DNA of 64,000 nucleotides from Bacteroidia bacterium (GCA_014376805.1 JACMQU010000117.1:11940-75939); one strand, 5' to 3'. Positions 1 through 10,335 are shown, counted from the first letter of the stretch. Program-made: numbers and translations. Notes: generated by a model not told the origin, from the sequence alone.

Positions 1-1589
1 CAGGCACGTATTACACCCGGTTTAAATTCCTTGGTTATCGGCGCATTGTTAGCGGCTTCAATACCCATGCTAATCCATTTGCGGGTATCAACCGGGTCAA
101 TAATAGCATCAACCCAAAGCCTGGCAGCAGCATAATATGGCGATGTTTGTTTAGTATAACGATCTGTAATATTTTTAAGGAGGGCAGCTTTATCTTCGGC
201 CGTAATAATTTTACCTTTTGCTTTTAACGATGCTTCTTCAATCTGCAATAAAACTTTTGCGGCTTGTGAGCCTCCCATAACAGCAATGTTAGCGTTAGGC
301 CATGCTGCTATTAAACGCGGGTCGTAAGCCTTGCCACACATCGCATAATTACCTGCACCGTAACTATTACCTGTTATGATAGTAAATTTTGGCACTATCG
401 AATTGGCTTGGGCATTAACCATTTTAGCACCGTCTTTTATAATGCCGCCTTGTTCACTTCTTGAACCCACCATAAAACCGGTAACATCTTGTAAAAACAC
501 TAAAGGAATTTTTTTCTGATTGCAGTTCATTATAAAGTGTGCTGCTTTATCGGCACTGTCGGAGTAAATAACACCGCCAATCTGCATCTCACCTTTTTTT
601 GTTTTTACTACCATTCTGTTATTGGCAACTATGCCCACTGCCCATCCGTTAACACGTGCATAACCACATAAAATTGTTTTGCCATACAGTTCTTTATATT
701 GGTCAAACGAACCTGCATCAACAATGCGTTCAATTATTTCAACAACATCAAATGGTTTGGCTGATCCTATTATATCTGTTACAGTAGACATTTCTTTAGC
801 AGGCTCAACCGGATCAATGTGATTAAAACCTGCCTTTTCAAAATATCCTATCTTATCCATGATGCTTCTAATGCGGTCAAGGCAGGCTGCATCGTTTTCA
901 AATTTATAATCAGTAACACCCGAGATCTCGCAATGCGTAGTGGCACCACCTAATGTTTCATTGTCTACATCTTCACCAATGGCTGCTTTAACAAGGTAAC
1001 TGCCGGCTAAAAATATCGAGCCTGTTTTGTCTACAATCATTGCCTCATCACTCATAATGGGAAGGTATGCGCCACCTGCAACGCAGCTTCCCATTACCGC
1101 CGCAATTTGGGTTATGCCCATACTGCTCATCACGGCATTGTTTCTAAAAATTCTTCCGAAATGTTCTTTGTCGGGGAAAATTTCATCTTGCATTGGTAAA
1201 AATACACCTGCACTATCCACCAGGTAAATAATCGGCAACCTGTTTTCCATAGAAATTTCCTGCGCACGTAAATTTTTCTTGCCGGTAATGGGGAACCATG
1301 CTCCGGCTTTTACCGTAGCATCATTGGCAACTACAATGCATTGTCTGCCGCTAACATAGCCCATCACCACTACTACCCCGCCGCCCGGGCAACCTCCGTG
1401 TTCCTCATACATCTCATAGCCTGCAAGGGCTCCTATTTCAATGCGTGGCGCATCTTTATCAAGCAAATAATCTACCCTTTCTCGGGCCAGCATTTTGCCT
1501 TTTTCTTTTTGTTTACCTGCAGCTTTTTTGCCACCACCTTCATAAATTTTTTCAAGTCTCTGTTTCAGTTCTGCTAAAAGATTTTCCAT
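1..1589 (-). CDS. Acyl-CoA carboxylase carboxyltransferase (methylcrotonyl-CoA carboxylase beta-like); stop codon cut by the window edge
   Basis: Absent from the ORF track because the stop is off-window. Manual translation from ATG at 1589: MENLLAELKQRLEKIYEGGGKKA...GKMLARERV, ANDATVKAGAWFP, YLVDSAG, GSCVAGGAY, QDVTGFMVG, GNSYGAGNYAMCG, ending EFKPGVIRA followed by TG at bases 2-1. Confidence 0.92.
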   Translation of the reverse strand, partial: MENLLAELKQRLEKIYEGGGKKAAGKQKEKGKMLARERVDYLLDKDAPRIEIGALAGYEMYEEHGGCPGGGVVVVMGYVSGRQCIVVANDATVKAGAWFPITGKKNLRAQEISMENRLPIIYLVDSAGVFLPMQDEIFPDKEHFGRIFRNNAVMSSMGITQIAAVMGSCVAGGAYLPIMSDEAMIVDKTGSIFLAGSYLVKAAIGEDVDNETLGGATTHCEISGVTDYKFENDAACLDRIRSIMDKIGYFEKAGFNHIDPVEPAKEMSTVTDIIGSAKPFDVVEIIERIVDAGSFDQYKELYGKTILCGYARVNGWAVGIVANNRMVVKTKKGEMQIGGVIYSDSADKAAHFIMNCNQKKIPLVFLQDVTGFMVGSRSEQGGIIKDGAKMVNAQANSIVPKFTIITGNSYGAGNYAMCGKAYDPRLIAAWPNANIAVMGGSQAAKVLLQIEEASLKAKGKIITAEDKAALLKNITDRYTKQTSPYYAAARLWVDAIIDPVDTRKWISMGIEAANNAPITKEFKPGVIRA

Positions 1590-1701
1590 GTAAGGATTTT
1601 TATTTTATAATTATTTTTTTAGTTGATAAGCTATATGCCAAGGGCAAAAGCCAAAAGCATTTGCTGCAAAACTATTATTCGTAAACGAATTTCAAAGTAT
1701 G

Positions 1702-1733
1702 TTTGCAAGGTTGTGAAGAAAAACCTACTTTTG
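1702..1733 (+). promoter_or_regulatory. Bacteroidota primary-sigma promoter for the SRP RNA
   Basis: TTTG at 1702-1705 and TACTTTTG (TAnnTTTG) at 1726-1733, immediately before the RNA 5' end. Confidence 0.7.
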
Positions 1734-1737
1734 ACCC

Positions 1738-1833
1738 GGGTGAGCCCTGTACGACCAGCTCCCTCTAATCCCCCAGGTCAGGAATGAAGCAAGGGCGTGA
1801 GGTTTGTAGCGGTGCGATGCAGTAAGCTTGCCC
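1738..1833 (+). ncRNA. ffs: Signal recognition particle RNA (small bacterial SRP, 4.5S)
   Basis: GC-rich 96-nt hairpin. 5' GGGTGAGC pairs with 3' GCTTGCCC, the core CCAGGTCAGGAATGAAGCAAGG carries the GGAA tetraloop and the Ffh-binding loop, and a T-tract follows. Confidence 0.92.
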
Positions 1834-2232
1834 ATTTTTTTTTATTTGGATTGTTTATTTTTCTTACTTCATCCCCATGTTTTTTGGTAATTTTAATTTG
1901 ATAAGCAGTTGCACAGATTTATACGAAGTTGGCAACAGTGCTTATGCGTAATTCTTGCAAGCAATTAAGCTAAACCACTATTTTTCCCCATTTGTAAAAC
2001 TCAATTCCCGCCCGATTCTGATCTGGTAGTTGCATTTTTTTTCCGGTTGTTTTATAGTATGAAATTATTTTATCTATTTTTTCCTCTCTTCAGTGATTAA
2101 AGGTGTTGGATCAACTGCGAAGTTTACTCCGGCAGGCACTTTAATGTATCCAATTGTCTATTATTTAATTTAATTAAGGCCCTAAATGCAAACTTAAAAC
2201 AGGTGATTTGAAGATTATCGATTTACATAAAA

Positions 2233-4758
2233 TTACTTTATAACTTTCCTCCTTATTAAGTGCTTATTCCCAAACTCAATTTCCACAATATACATTCCCG
2301 TTGCTATTTGATCTGTTTGAATAGTCTGATTTGATTCAACCGAAACAGGCACCAGTTTCCCATTTATATCAAACATATTTATTTTTGAGATCTGAAGATT
2401 CAATGGGTTAGTAATGTTGATCTGATTTGTAAACGGATTAGGATAAATATTTATTCCATCAAATGCCGCATCAAACTTTAAAACACCTGTTGAAGTATTC
2501 AGCAATCCCATCTTCATGCCATTACCAAAACTGCTTACCCACATTTCATTTTTGTTATTGGGATTAAAATATACCCTTTCTGGTTGGCGAAATGGATAGC
2601 TTGTAACAAGTGTCCATGTTGGTGTTACTGCATTCATATTGCTGCTCACCCACAAGCCCTGTGTTTCGGTAGTAAGATAAGCTTCTGTTAATTTCTGCGG
2701 ATTGAAAGTAACAGAGGTAACTCTTTCAAATTGTGCGCCTGATAATTTTGTCCAGGAGGTGCCGCGGTTACTTGTTTTATATAAACCACCCAGTCCATTT
2801 GCCGGCCCGCCCCAGCCACTAAACACACAGGCATACCAGGTGCTTTGTGTGCTGTCATTCGGATCAATTACTATGTCTTTTGTCCAGTATTTCATTCCTG
2901 CATCGCTTAAGTCTGCCCAGGTTGAAGTTACCGGATCAAACATAAATACGCCCGAACTTGCAGTAAATGCACCTGCCGCGGTTCTTCTGCCCGAAAAGGA
3001 GCACAGCACTTTACCATTATTTAAAACTTCAATACTGGCCGGATGACCTTCTGTTCTGGGTGGGTTTGCAAGCTTTATCCAGGTTGAACCCACACCTGCC
3101 GATAAATTATCAGTCATATAAATTCCACCTGTTTGCGCGCCTGCAGTGCCTCCAAAATGAATCACCGAAGCAAACATGCGTTCCGGGTTATTCAAATCAG
3201 CAGCGAGCCAGAAAACGGGGTGATTAAAGGTGTGTAGTGTAGACCAGTTCGCCCCTTTATCAACTGAAAAAACTATTTTGCCGTTTGCATCTGTTGTGTC
3301 TAATTGTGCATCTGCTAAGCGGGTACTTTGGTACATATCATGAATATTAGAACAAGCACCATAAAGATTTCCATTTTTTGCCTGTGCTATTCTGTATAAT
3401 GAGTTTACAGAAAATCCATTGTAGGAAAACCCCCAGCTATTACCTCCATTTATACTTCTTATTCCGCCTATGTCACTAAAACATCCTATAATGCTATTGG
3501 TATCCTGCCAATGAATTTGCCAGCAGGTAGTATTTTCCAGCCCAGTGCTTTGATAGGTTTGTTTTATTGGTGTGGCTGCACCTGCATGATGTTGTCCGGA
3601 TGCCTTAACATAAGCCTGTTTCCAGTTTGCGCCCCCATCAGCACTTGCCTGCACATTGCTGTAGTTTGAAAACATTACTTTGTTTGCATTATTTGGTGCA
3701 ACAGTTATACCAAAACAAGTCTCACTCCAACTCCAGTTTTTATCTCCGCCAGCTCCTTCCCAACCGGTGGTAATATTACTGTTGTTGTTGGTGTTAAATA
3801 CTTTATTCCAGTCGCTGCCGCTGTTAATTGATTTATAAACGAGTGGCCCGCCCGTAGCATTATCATGCCCTCCAAGGTAAATGGTATTAATATCATTTTT
3901 AGCCATGGCAGCATACATAATAAAATCGCTCGAAAAATTAATTCCTACAGATTGGTTTATCCAGGTATTGTTTGCATTATCCATGGTATAAACCCCTTTA
4001 GCGAAGTTGTTATAATTCCATGGCATCACGCTATTGTTAGTAAGTGCTGCATTAGAGGTGATGCAAACAAAACGGGTATTGGTTCCGTACTTTGCTCCGG
4101 CAAAACTCCAGATAACCTGACCAGCAGGAATGGAGATAGTGGTTTGAACCGAAAATGAATTTCCACCGTTTACAGAACTAATCAGCCCGTCATTGGTTCC
4201 AATATAAATGTTATTGCCATTCCAAAAAGTGCCTCCCATACTAATGCCGGAACCACTACTTGCCGCATGTTTAACAAGCGTAAAAGTGGCACCCCCGTTT
4301 TTCGAATAAAGAATATCTCCATAGGCAGCAATTAATAGTTGCTGTGGGTTATCATAGTTAGCCGAAATTTTATTTACTTGTCCGTACGTTGAACTGTTAT
4401 AACCAGTCATTCTAAGCCATGTAATCCCGCCATCAGTTGTTTTAACAGGGTATCCGATATTGCCATCATTGTGGTTGCAATAGGCTATTTTAGGATCATT
4501 GGTAAACTCATAAGTGGATGTGTTAAACACCTGCAATTTTAAAAAATGAATCTGAGAATAGGACAATCCATAATTAGTACTATGAAACAATTCACTCATA
4601 TCACAGCTCACATAAAACTCACTGTCGTTTGCCGGGTTAATTGTTGGAAAAAAAAGCGCACCGCCGCCGCCAATGCCTTTTGTGGCAAAGCTTGTGGGTT
4701 GTGCATTTGTATTGATTAAATTAGTGAGTAAAGCTAAAACGAATATTATATTTTTCAT
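2233..4758 (-). CDS. T9SS-secreted BNR/Asp-box beta-propeller protein (GH74/sortilin-like fold) with type A C-terminal domain
   Basis: Signal peptide MKNIIFVLALL...NAQ, so the likely start is 4758 rather than 4839. Repeated SxDGGxTW Asp-boxes; C-terminal IYPNP...GMYIV...KVIK. Confidence 0.8.
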   Translation of the reverse strand: MKNIIFVLALLTNLINTNAQPTSFATKGIGGGGALFFPTINPANDSEFYVSCDMSELFHSTNYGLSYSQIHFLKLQVFNTSTYEFTNDPKIAYCNHNDGNIGYPVKTTDGGITWLRMTGYNSSTYGQVNKISANYDNPQQLLIAAYGDILYSKNGGATFTLVKHAASSGSGISMGGTFWNGNNIYIGTNDGLISSVNGGNSFSVQTTISIPAGQVIWSFAGAKYGTNTRFVCITSNAALTNNSVMPWNYNNFAKGVYTMDNANNTWINQSVGINFSSDFIMYAAMAKNDINTIYLGGHDNATGGPLVYKSINSGSDWNKVFNTNNNSNITTGWEGAGGDKNWSWSETCFGITVAPNNANKVMFSNYSNVQASADGGANWKQAYVKASGQHHAGAATPIKQTYQSTGLENTTCWQIHWQDTNSIIGCFSDIGGIRSINGGNSWGFSYNGFSVNSLYRIAQAKNGNLYGACSNIHDMYQSTRLADAQLDTTDANGKIVFSVDKGANWSTLHTFNHPVFWLAADLNNPERMFASVIHFGGTAGAQTGGIYMTDNLSAGVGSTWIKLANPPRTEGHPASIEVLNNGKVLCSFSGRRTAAGAFTASSGVFMFDPVTSTWADLSDAGMKYWTKDIVIDPNDSTQSTWYACVFSGWGGPANGLGGLYKTSNRGTSWTKLSGAQFERVTSVTFNPQKLTEAYLTTETQGLWVSSNMNAVTPTWTLVTSYPFRQPERVYFNPNNKNEMWVSSFGNGMKMGLLNTSTGVLKFDAAFDGINIYPNPFTNQINITNPLNLQISKINMFDINGKLVPVSVESNQTIQTDQIATGMYIVEIEFGNKHLIRRKVIK

Positions 4759-5051
4759 ATCAACATCTTTAAGAATATATAAACCTACAAAATTTGTAAC
4801 TGAACTGCAAATCATATTCAAAAGGTTCAAACAGGTCACTCATTTTTTTATACGATATATTATTTGCTTTTAATACCTTGACTCATCTTTTAACAATTAA
4901 AGAATTATCTATGACAAACAATAGTACCTCACTGAATTCCTCAACCATTCCCGGGAAGCGTTTACTTTTTATGAGCAGGGTTTTTTAAGAAAATTTCAAA
5001 TGCATGATTTAATGTTCATCAATTTTAAAGAATGATTTTAGAGAATAATAA

Positions 5052-7137
5052 ATGAATAAGAAAACATTATCTGAAAGAGATATTTGCACCAAGTTTATTA
5101 CCCCTGCTTTAGAGAAAGCAGGTTGGAACAAACTCACCCAGGTATTGGAAGAAGTGAGTTTTACAGATGGTAAAATAATTGTTCGTGGCAAGTTGACGGC
5201 AAGAGGGCAAAAAAGCGGGCCGATTACATTCTCTATCACAAACCCAATATCGCAATTGCCATCATTGAAGCCAAAGACAATAAACATATTGTTGGCGCTG
5301 GTATACAGCAAGCATTGGACTATGCCGAAAGCCTCGACCTGCTTTTTGTTTTTAGCAGCAACGGAGATGGCTTTTTATTTCACGACAAAACAGCAACAGA
5401 CGGAAATATTGAAACCGAAATCGCTTTAGAAGATTTTCCATCACCCGAACAACTCTGGCAAAAATATTTAATCTATAAAGACATCCCGAAAAATACAGAT
5501 GTTGAAAAAGTTATTTCCCAGGATTATTATTATGATGGCTCCGGAAGAAAACCACGGTACTATCAACAAATTGCCATTAACCGAACCGTTGAAGCGATTG
5601 CCAAAGGTGATAAGAGTGTTGCTTGTGATGGCCACCGGCACAGGTAAAACGTATACAGCCTTTCAAATCATTCACCGTCTTTGGAAGTCGGGCGCTAAAA
5701 AAAGAATCTTGTTTTTAGCTGATAGAAATAACCTGATTGATCAGACAAGAGGAGGCGATTTTAAATATTTTAAAGACAAAATGACCATCATTAAAAAGAA
5801 AGTGGTGGAAGAAAACGGGAAAGAAAAATTAGTTAGTAATAAAAAACGAGGCATAGACAGCAGTGACAAAGCGTATGAAATATTTTTAGGCATTTACCAG
5901 GGTTTAACAAACAATGATATAGGAATTGAAGATGCGTACAAAGATTTTAGCGCTGATTTTTTTGATCTGATCATTATTGATGAGTGTCACAGGGGAAGCG
6001 CAAAAGAAGACAGTGCATGGCGTTCAATTTTAGATTATTTTAAAAATGCAACGCAAATTGGCTTAACTGCCACGCCCAAAGAAGACAACGTAACAAGCAA
6101 TTCAGACTATTTTGGTAAGGCTATTTATACTTACTCACTCAAGCAGGGTATTGATGATGGATTTTTAGCGCCTTACCGGGTGATCCGTGTAGGACTAAAT
6201 GTTGACCTGGAAGGCTGGCGCCCTTCAAAAGGGTTTTTAGATAAAGAGGGAAATGTTGTTGAAGACAGAGTTTACAACCGCAGAGATTTTGATAAGTAAA
6301 TTGTAATTGCGGAACGTAGAAAAATGGTTGCGAAAAAAATTACGGAGTTGCTAAAAGGTACCGACCGGTTTGCTAAAACAATTGTATTTTGTTGTGATAT
6401 TGAACATGCCAATGGAATGCGCACTGGCATTGCAAATGAAAATGCTGATTTAGTTGCATCAAACCACAAATATGTAATGCAGATAACAGGCGATAATGAG
6501 GAAGGCAAAATGGAATTAGACAATTTTATTAACCCCGAAGAAGCCTGATGGAAGCTGGGTGGCTCATGAGCCACGACAAAAGATTTATGTAAACGGAATT
6601 GATGTTGCCATACTTTCTGAAAGAGAAATGTATTACGACAAAAACGGTCAGTTAATTACTGTAAGTTTAAAAGATCATACCAAACAAATTATAAAAGGAA
6701 AGTATGCCTCACTTGATGATTTTTTAAACAAATGGAACAGTACTGTTAGAAAAGAAGCCATCATTACAGAATTGCAGGAACAAGGAATTCTGGTTGATGC
6801 GATAATGGCAGCAGTTGATAAAAATTTAGACTTGTTTGATTTAATTTGTCATATCGTTTACGATCAGCCAACACTTACAAGAACAGAAAGAGCAAACAAT
6901 GTGAAGAAGCGAAACTATTTTACGAAGTATGGAGATCAAAGCCGCAAAGTATTAGAAGCATTGCTTGATAAATACGCAGATGAAGGAATTGAAAACATTG
7001 AAAGCATTGAAGTATTAAGGATAAAACCATTTGACGAATTTGGTTCTCCAACAGAAATAATTAGAGAGTTTGGAAGCAAGGAAAATTATCTTATAGCAAT
7101 TAAGGAGTTAGAAATTGAATTATACAAAACGGCTTAA
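5052..7137 (+). pseudogene. hsdR: Type I restriction enzyme R subunit (EcoAI/EcoEI type), pseudogene
   Basis: LSERDICTKFITPAL, ADY..IAIIEAK nuclease motif, [23 protein letters not shown] and EcoEI_R_C-like tail are spread over five ORF fragments. Frameshifts at ~5212 and ~5615, in-frame TAA at 6297-6299, internal deletion at ~6543. Confidence 0.92.
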
Positions 7138-7164
7138 AGATGTTTATAAAATAGGAAAATAAAA

Positions 7165-7195
7165 TTTGGAACCATTAACCATAAATATATATTTG
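7165..7195 (+). promoter_or_regulatory. Bacteroidota promoter upstream of the hairpin/abiF unit
   Basis: TTTG at 7165-7168, 19-nt spacer, TATATTTG at 7188-7195. Confidence 0.65.
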
Positions 7196-7199
7196 CAAT

Positions 7200-7251
7200 T
7201 AACATGCTCACCCCGCTTCCCGATGATCAGCGCGCTTAGGGTGGGCTTTTT
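7200..7251 (+). ncRNA. Candidate AbiF-associated structured RNA (antitoxin or leader)
   Basis: GC-rich island in AT-rich DNA. GCTCACCC (7206-7213) pairs with GGGTGGGC (7239-7246), followed by TTTTT; it lies between a promoter and the abi start codon. Confidence 0.55.
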
Positions 7252-7265
7252 ATGTTTTTAGAGGT

Positions 7266-8154
7266 ATGAGTAAAATTAACTACAACAAGCCTCCACTTAG
7301 TTATTCCCAACAACTTGTTCAACTCAAACTAAGAGGATTGATTATTGAAAATGAGCAAAAAGCACTTCATTTATTAGAAAATATTAGTTATTACAGGTTA
7401 AGCGGATATTGGTTTCCATTACTAATTAATAAAGAAACCCATCAATTCAAACCAAATAGAAACTGCGTTTAATTTATATTGTTTTGATAGAGAATTGAGA
7501 CAATTAGTTTTAGCTGAAACGGAAAAGATAGAAGTAGCCATTCGCGCAAAAATGATCTATATCTTTTCTCATATACACGGACCTTTTTGGTTTCAGGATG
7601 CTGCAAATCTTTCAAAGCCTGATAAACATGCTATGTCTTTTTCTAAAATAGGCGAAGAATTTAAACGAAGTGATGAAGAGTTTATTAAGGCCTTTAAAAG
7701 TAAATATACTAACCCAATTCCGCCAAGTTGGATGACGCTTAAAATTACTTCATTCGGAACATTATCCCTTTTATATAAAAACCTTAAACCTTCAACACAA
7801 AAAAGAGAAATAGCAAATTATTTTGGTCTATCAGATGTTGTATTTGAAACATGGATACACAGCATTGTTTACCTTAGAAATGTTTGTGCACACCATACTC
7901 GCTTATGGAACCGTGCAATGAGTATACAGCCCCAAATACCAAGGGCGCCAAGAAATCAGTGGTTAAATAATACAAAAGTAGCTAACAACAGAACTTATTT
8001 TATTTTGAGTATGGTAGCTTATTTATTGCAAATCATCAATCCTCACAATAAATTTACAGATAAATTCAAATCACTATTGGAAAAATATCCAAATGTAGAT
8101 ACCAAAGCTTTAGGGTTTCCGAATGATTGGGAAAATGAACCACTATGGCAATAA
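7266..8154 (+). pseudogene. Abi family (AbiD/AbiF, Abi_2) HEPN abortive-infection protein, frameshifted
   Basis: KPPLSYSQQLVQLKLRGL, ISYYRLSGYW, LYCFDRELRQL, IEVAIR, P.WM..SFGTLS, HEPN motif RNVCAHH, LGFPNDW. Frameshift at ~7458. Confidence 0.88.
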
Positions 8155-8165
8155 AATAATAATAA

Positions 8166-8405
8166 ATGAGCAATATTTCAGGAATAATAGCAAGCATCAG
8201 AACAATCATGTGGCAAGACACCGGTTTGAATGGAGATGCACAACGTATTGAACAATTAGGGTGGATGCTGTTCTTAAAAATATTTTCCGACAAAGACCTT
8301 GAACTAGAGTTGATGGACGCTGATTATAAATCTCCAATCCCTGCCGAATTTCATTGGATAAAAGAAAAAGGAAACTGGGCTGGCGATAATGAAGGAATAA
8401 CCGGC
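8166..8405 (+). pseudogene. hsdM: Type I R-M methyltransferase M subunit, N-terminal stub
   Basis: IRTIMWQDTGLNGDAQRIEQLGWMLFLKIFSD...WAGDNEGITG matches the EcoAI-type HsdM N-terminus. The sequence switches to IS DNA after ITG. Confidence 0.88.
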
Positions 8406-8730
8406 TTTAGCTTTTCTCCCATTGCCAACAGGCCATCGCATACATGCCGAAGGCCTGTAACATCAGCTAATACTGAATAGCACATCGTATATAGATGGTT
8501 AAGCGTACTGAATTTTTTAACGGCAAAGTCGCTGTCCGTCTGCTTAACTGCTTTAGTTATTATTGAGCCCGGTATTAGCTTTAAAACCTGACCCAACGTG
8601 TTCTGTCCGAAAAAATATTTACTTTTGTTCATGGTGTTTGGTTGTGCAAAAAACAAAATACCATAAAAAAATGGGAGATTACTACTTGTTGGTAACTCCC
8701 TTTATCATAAATTTATTTCGGACACTAATG
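8405..8730 (-). mobile_element. IS4-family insertion sequence remnant (left end plus DUF4372 N-terminus of the transposase)
   Basis: MNKSKYFFGQNTLGQVLKLI...SDFAVKKFSTLNHLYTM...GLRHVC on the minus strand (ATG ~8632). Terminus CATTAGTGTCCGAAATAAATTT ends at 8730; internal hairpin at 8673-8700. The DDE domain is absent. Confidence 0.82.
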
Positions 8731-8740
8731 ATAAATAATA

Positions 8741-10296
8741 ATGAATTCAGAATTTTTTGATCATTTAAAAAATTTAATACTAACCCATATTTGTTTATTG
8801 GTTCAGGTTTATCACGTCGATATTTGAATTTGCCAACCTGGGAAGAATTGCTCATCAAATTTTTCAACAACTCCAATATTATTGGTGATTTTGAATATTA
8901 TCAATCAAAAAGTAACAACAATCTACCAGCCTTAACAAGCGCATTAGCAAATGAATTTCATGAGGTTTGGTGGAAGGACATTAAATTTGAAGATGCAAGA
9001 ACCACTTATAAAACTTTTGCTAAAGAGAAAATAAATCTTCCATTAAAGATTGAAATTGCAAACCTAATTCAGAATATTCAAAAACAGGAAAAGCAATTTG
9101 ATAAGGAAATAAGTTTACTAAAGGAAAGTGTAATAGATGGTATTATAACAACCAATTGGGACACCTTTCTTGAAACTGTCTTTTCAGATTACAATGTATT
9201 TATCGGACAACAAGAACTATTATTTTCAGAATCAATTTCAATCGGGGAGATTTATAAAATACACGGATGTGTTACAACGCCGCAATCTTTAATCATAACA
9301 GAAGAAGATTACAATGACTTTAATAACAGAAACGCTTATTTGGCCGCTAAACTTCTGACAATTTTTGTTGAACATCCGATAATTTTCATCGGTTATTCGT
9401 TGTCAGACCAAAATATTCAACAAATAATTGATTCAATTGTAAAATGCGTTGACACACAAAATTTGGATAAACTTAAAGACAGATTGATATTCGTTGAGTG
9501 GAAAAAAGGTTCAGAGTTTGAAATAAAGGATAGCAGTATAAAATTACTTGACAATAAAGTATTACCTATCAAGCTAATTAAAACAGATTCTTTTGAACCG
9601 ATATTTGAAACATTGTCAACTCTTAAAAGACAAATTCCAGTTAAAATATTAAGGAAATTAAAAAATTCTGTTGTGGAGTTCGTAAAATCAAGCACGCCAT
9701 CTACTCAAATATATGTTAAAGATATTGAATCAATTAATGACGATACAAAGATTGAATATGCTATTGGTGTGGGTGTGGCAACTCACCTTATTTCTTCCAT
9801 GGGTTACAAAAGTATTGAAACAATAGATTTAATTGAAGATGTTTTATATCAAAATAAAAACTATGATACGATTCAATTGATTGAAAATGCTTTTCCAAAA
9901 ATGTTAAAGGGAAACGGCTATATCCCTATTTACAAATACCTCAGAGAAGGAAACTTACTCACTAAAAATGCTGGGTTAACCTTATTAGCGGTTGCAAAGT
10001 TTAAAGGGAAATTTGAATTAAAATTTGATGCGCCAAATTGCTATTTACCTGCTGCTTCTTATCAAAAAAAACAAACGGAAATAAGAAGAAACCATCCTGA
10101 TGTTAACTCCATTATCAAGGCCTTCGATAAAAGTCACACTTTAAATTTTATTCCACTTTTAGATCCGAAGTCTATTGACCCCAGTCAGCTGGTAAATTTT
10201 CTACGAACATGTTTTCATGATAATACAGTAAATAAAACAACACCATTTAGAAAAATAGTATGCTTATACGACTATTTAAAAAGTGGTTTAGCTTAG
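8741..10296 (+). CDS. SIR2-like (SIR2_2) domain protein, probable anti-phage NADase; N-terminal -1 frameshift in an A-tract (possible pseudogene, or TTG start at 8791)
   Basis: PYLFIGSGLSRRY..PTWEELL, IITTNWD, IYKIHG, LIITEEDY, PIIFIGYSLSDQNI. ATG at 8741 is one A short of being in frame (A6 at 8767-8772). Confidence 0.85.
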
Positions 10297-10335
10297 TTCA
10301 TTAAATGAATTAAGAACATATTGAGAACTTAGAAT

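Noticed and set aside
1027-1684. Three short plus-strand ORFs
   Set aside because: Antisense shadows of the carboxyltransferase gene that the ORF track missed.
4911-5036. Short open stretch upstream of hsdR (LTEFLNHSREAFTFYEQG...)
   Set aside because: No in-frame start and no recognisable family; cannot be supported as a gene remnant without a search.
6272-6574. Minus-strand ORF starting MAHEP, same as plus-strand ORF 6559
   Set aside because: Caused by a local palindrome (GGCTCATGAGCC) inside the hsdR pseudogene near the deletion junction; not a gene.
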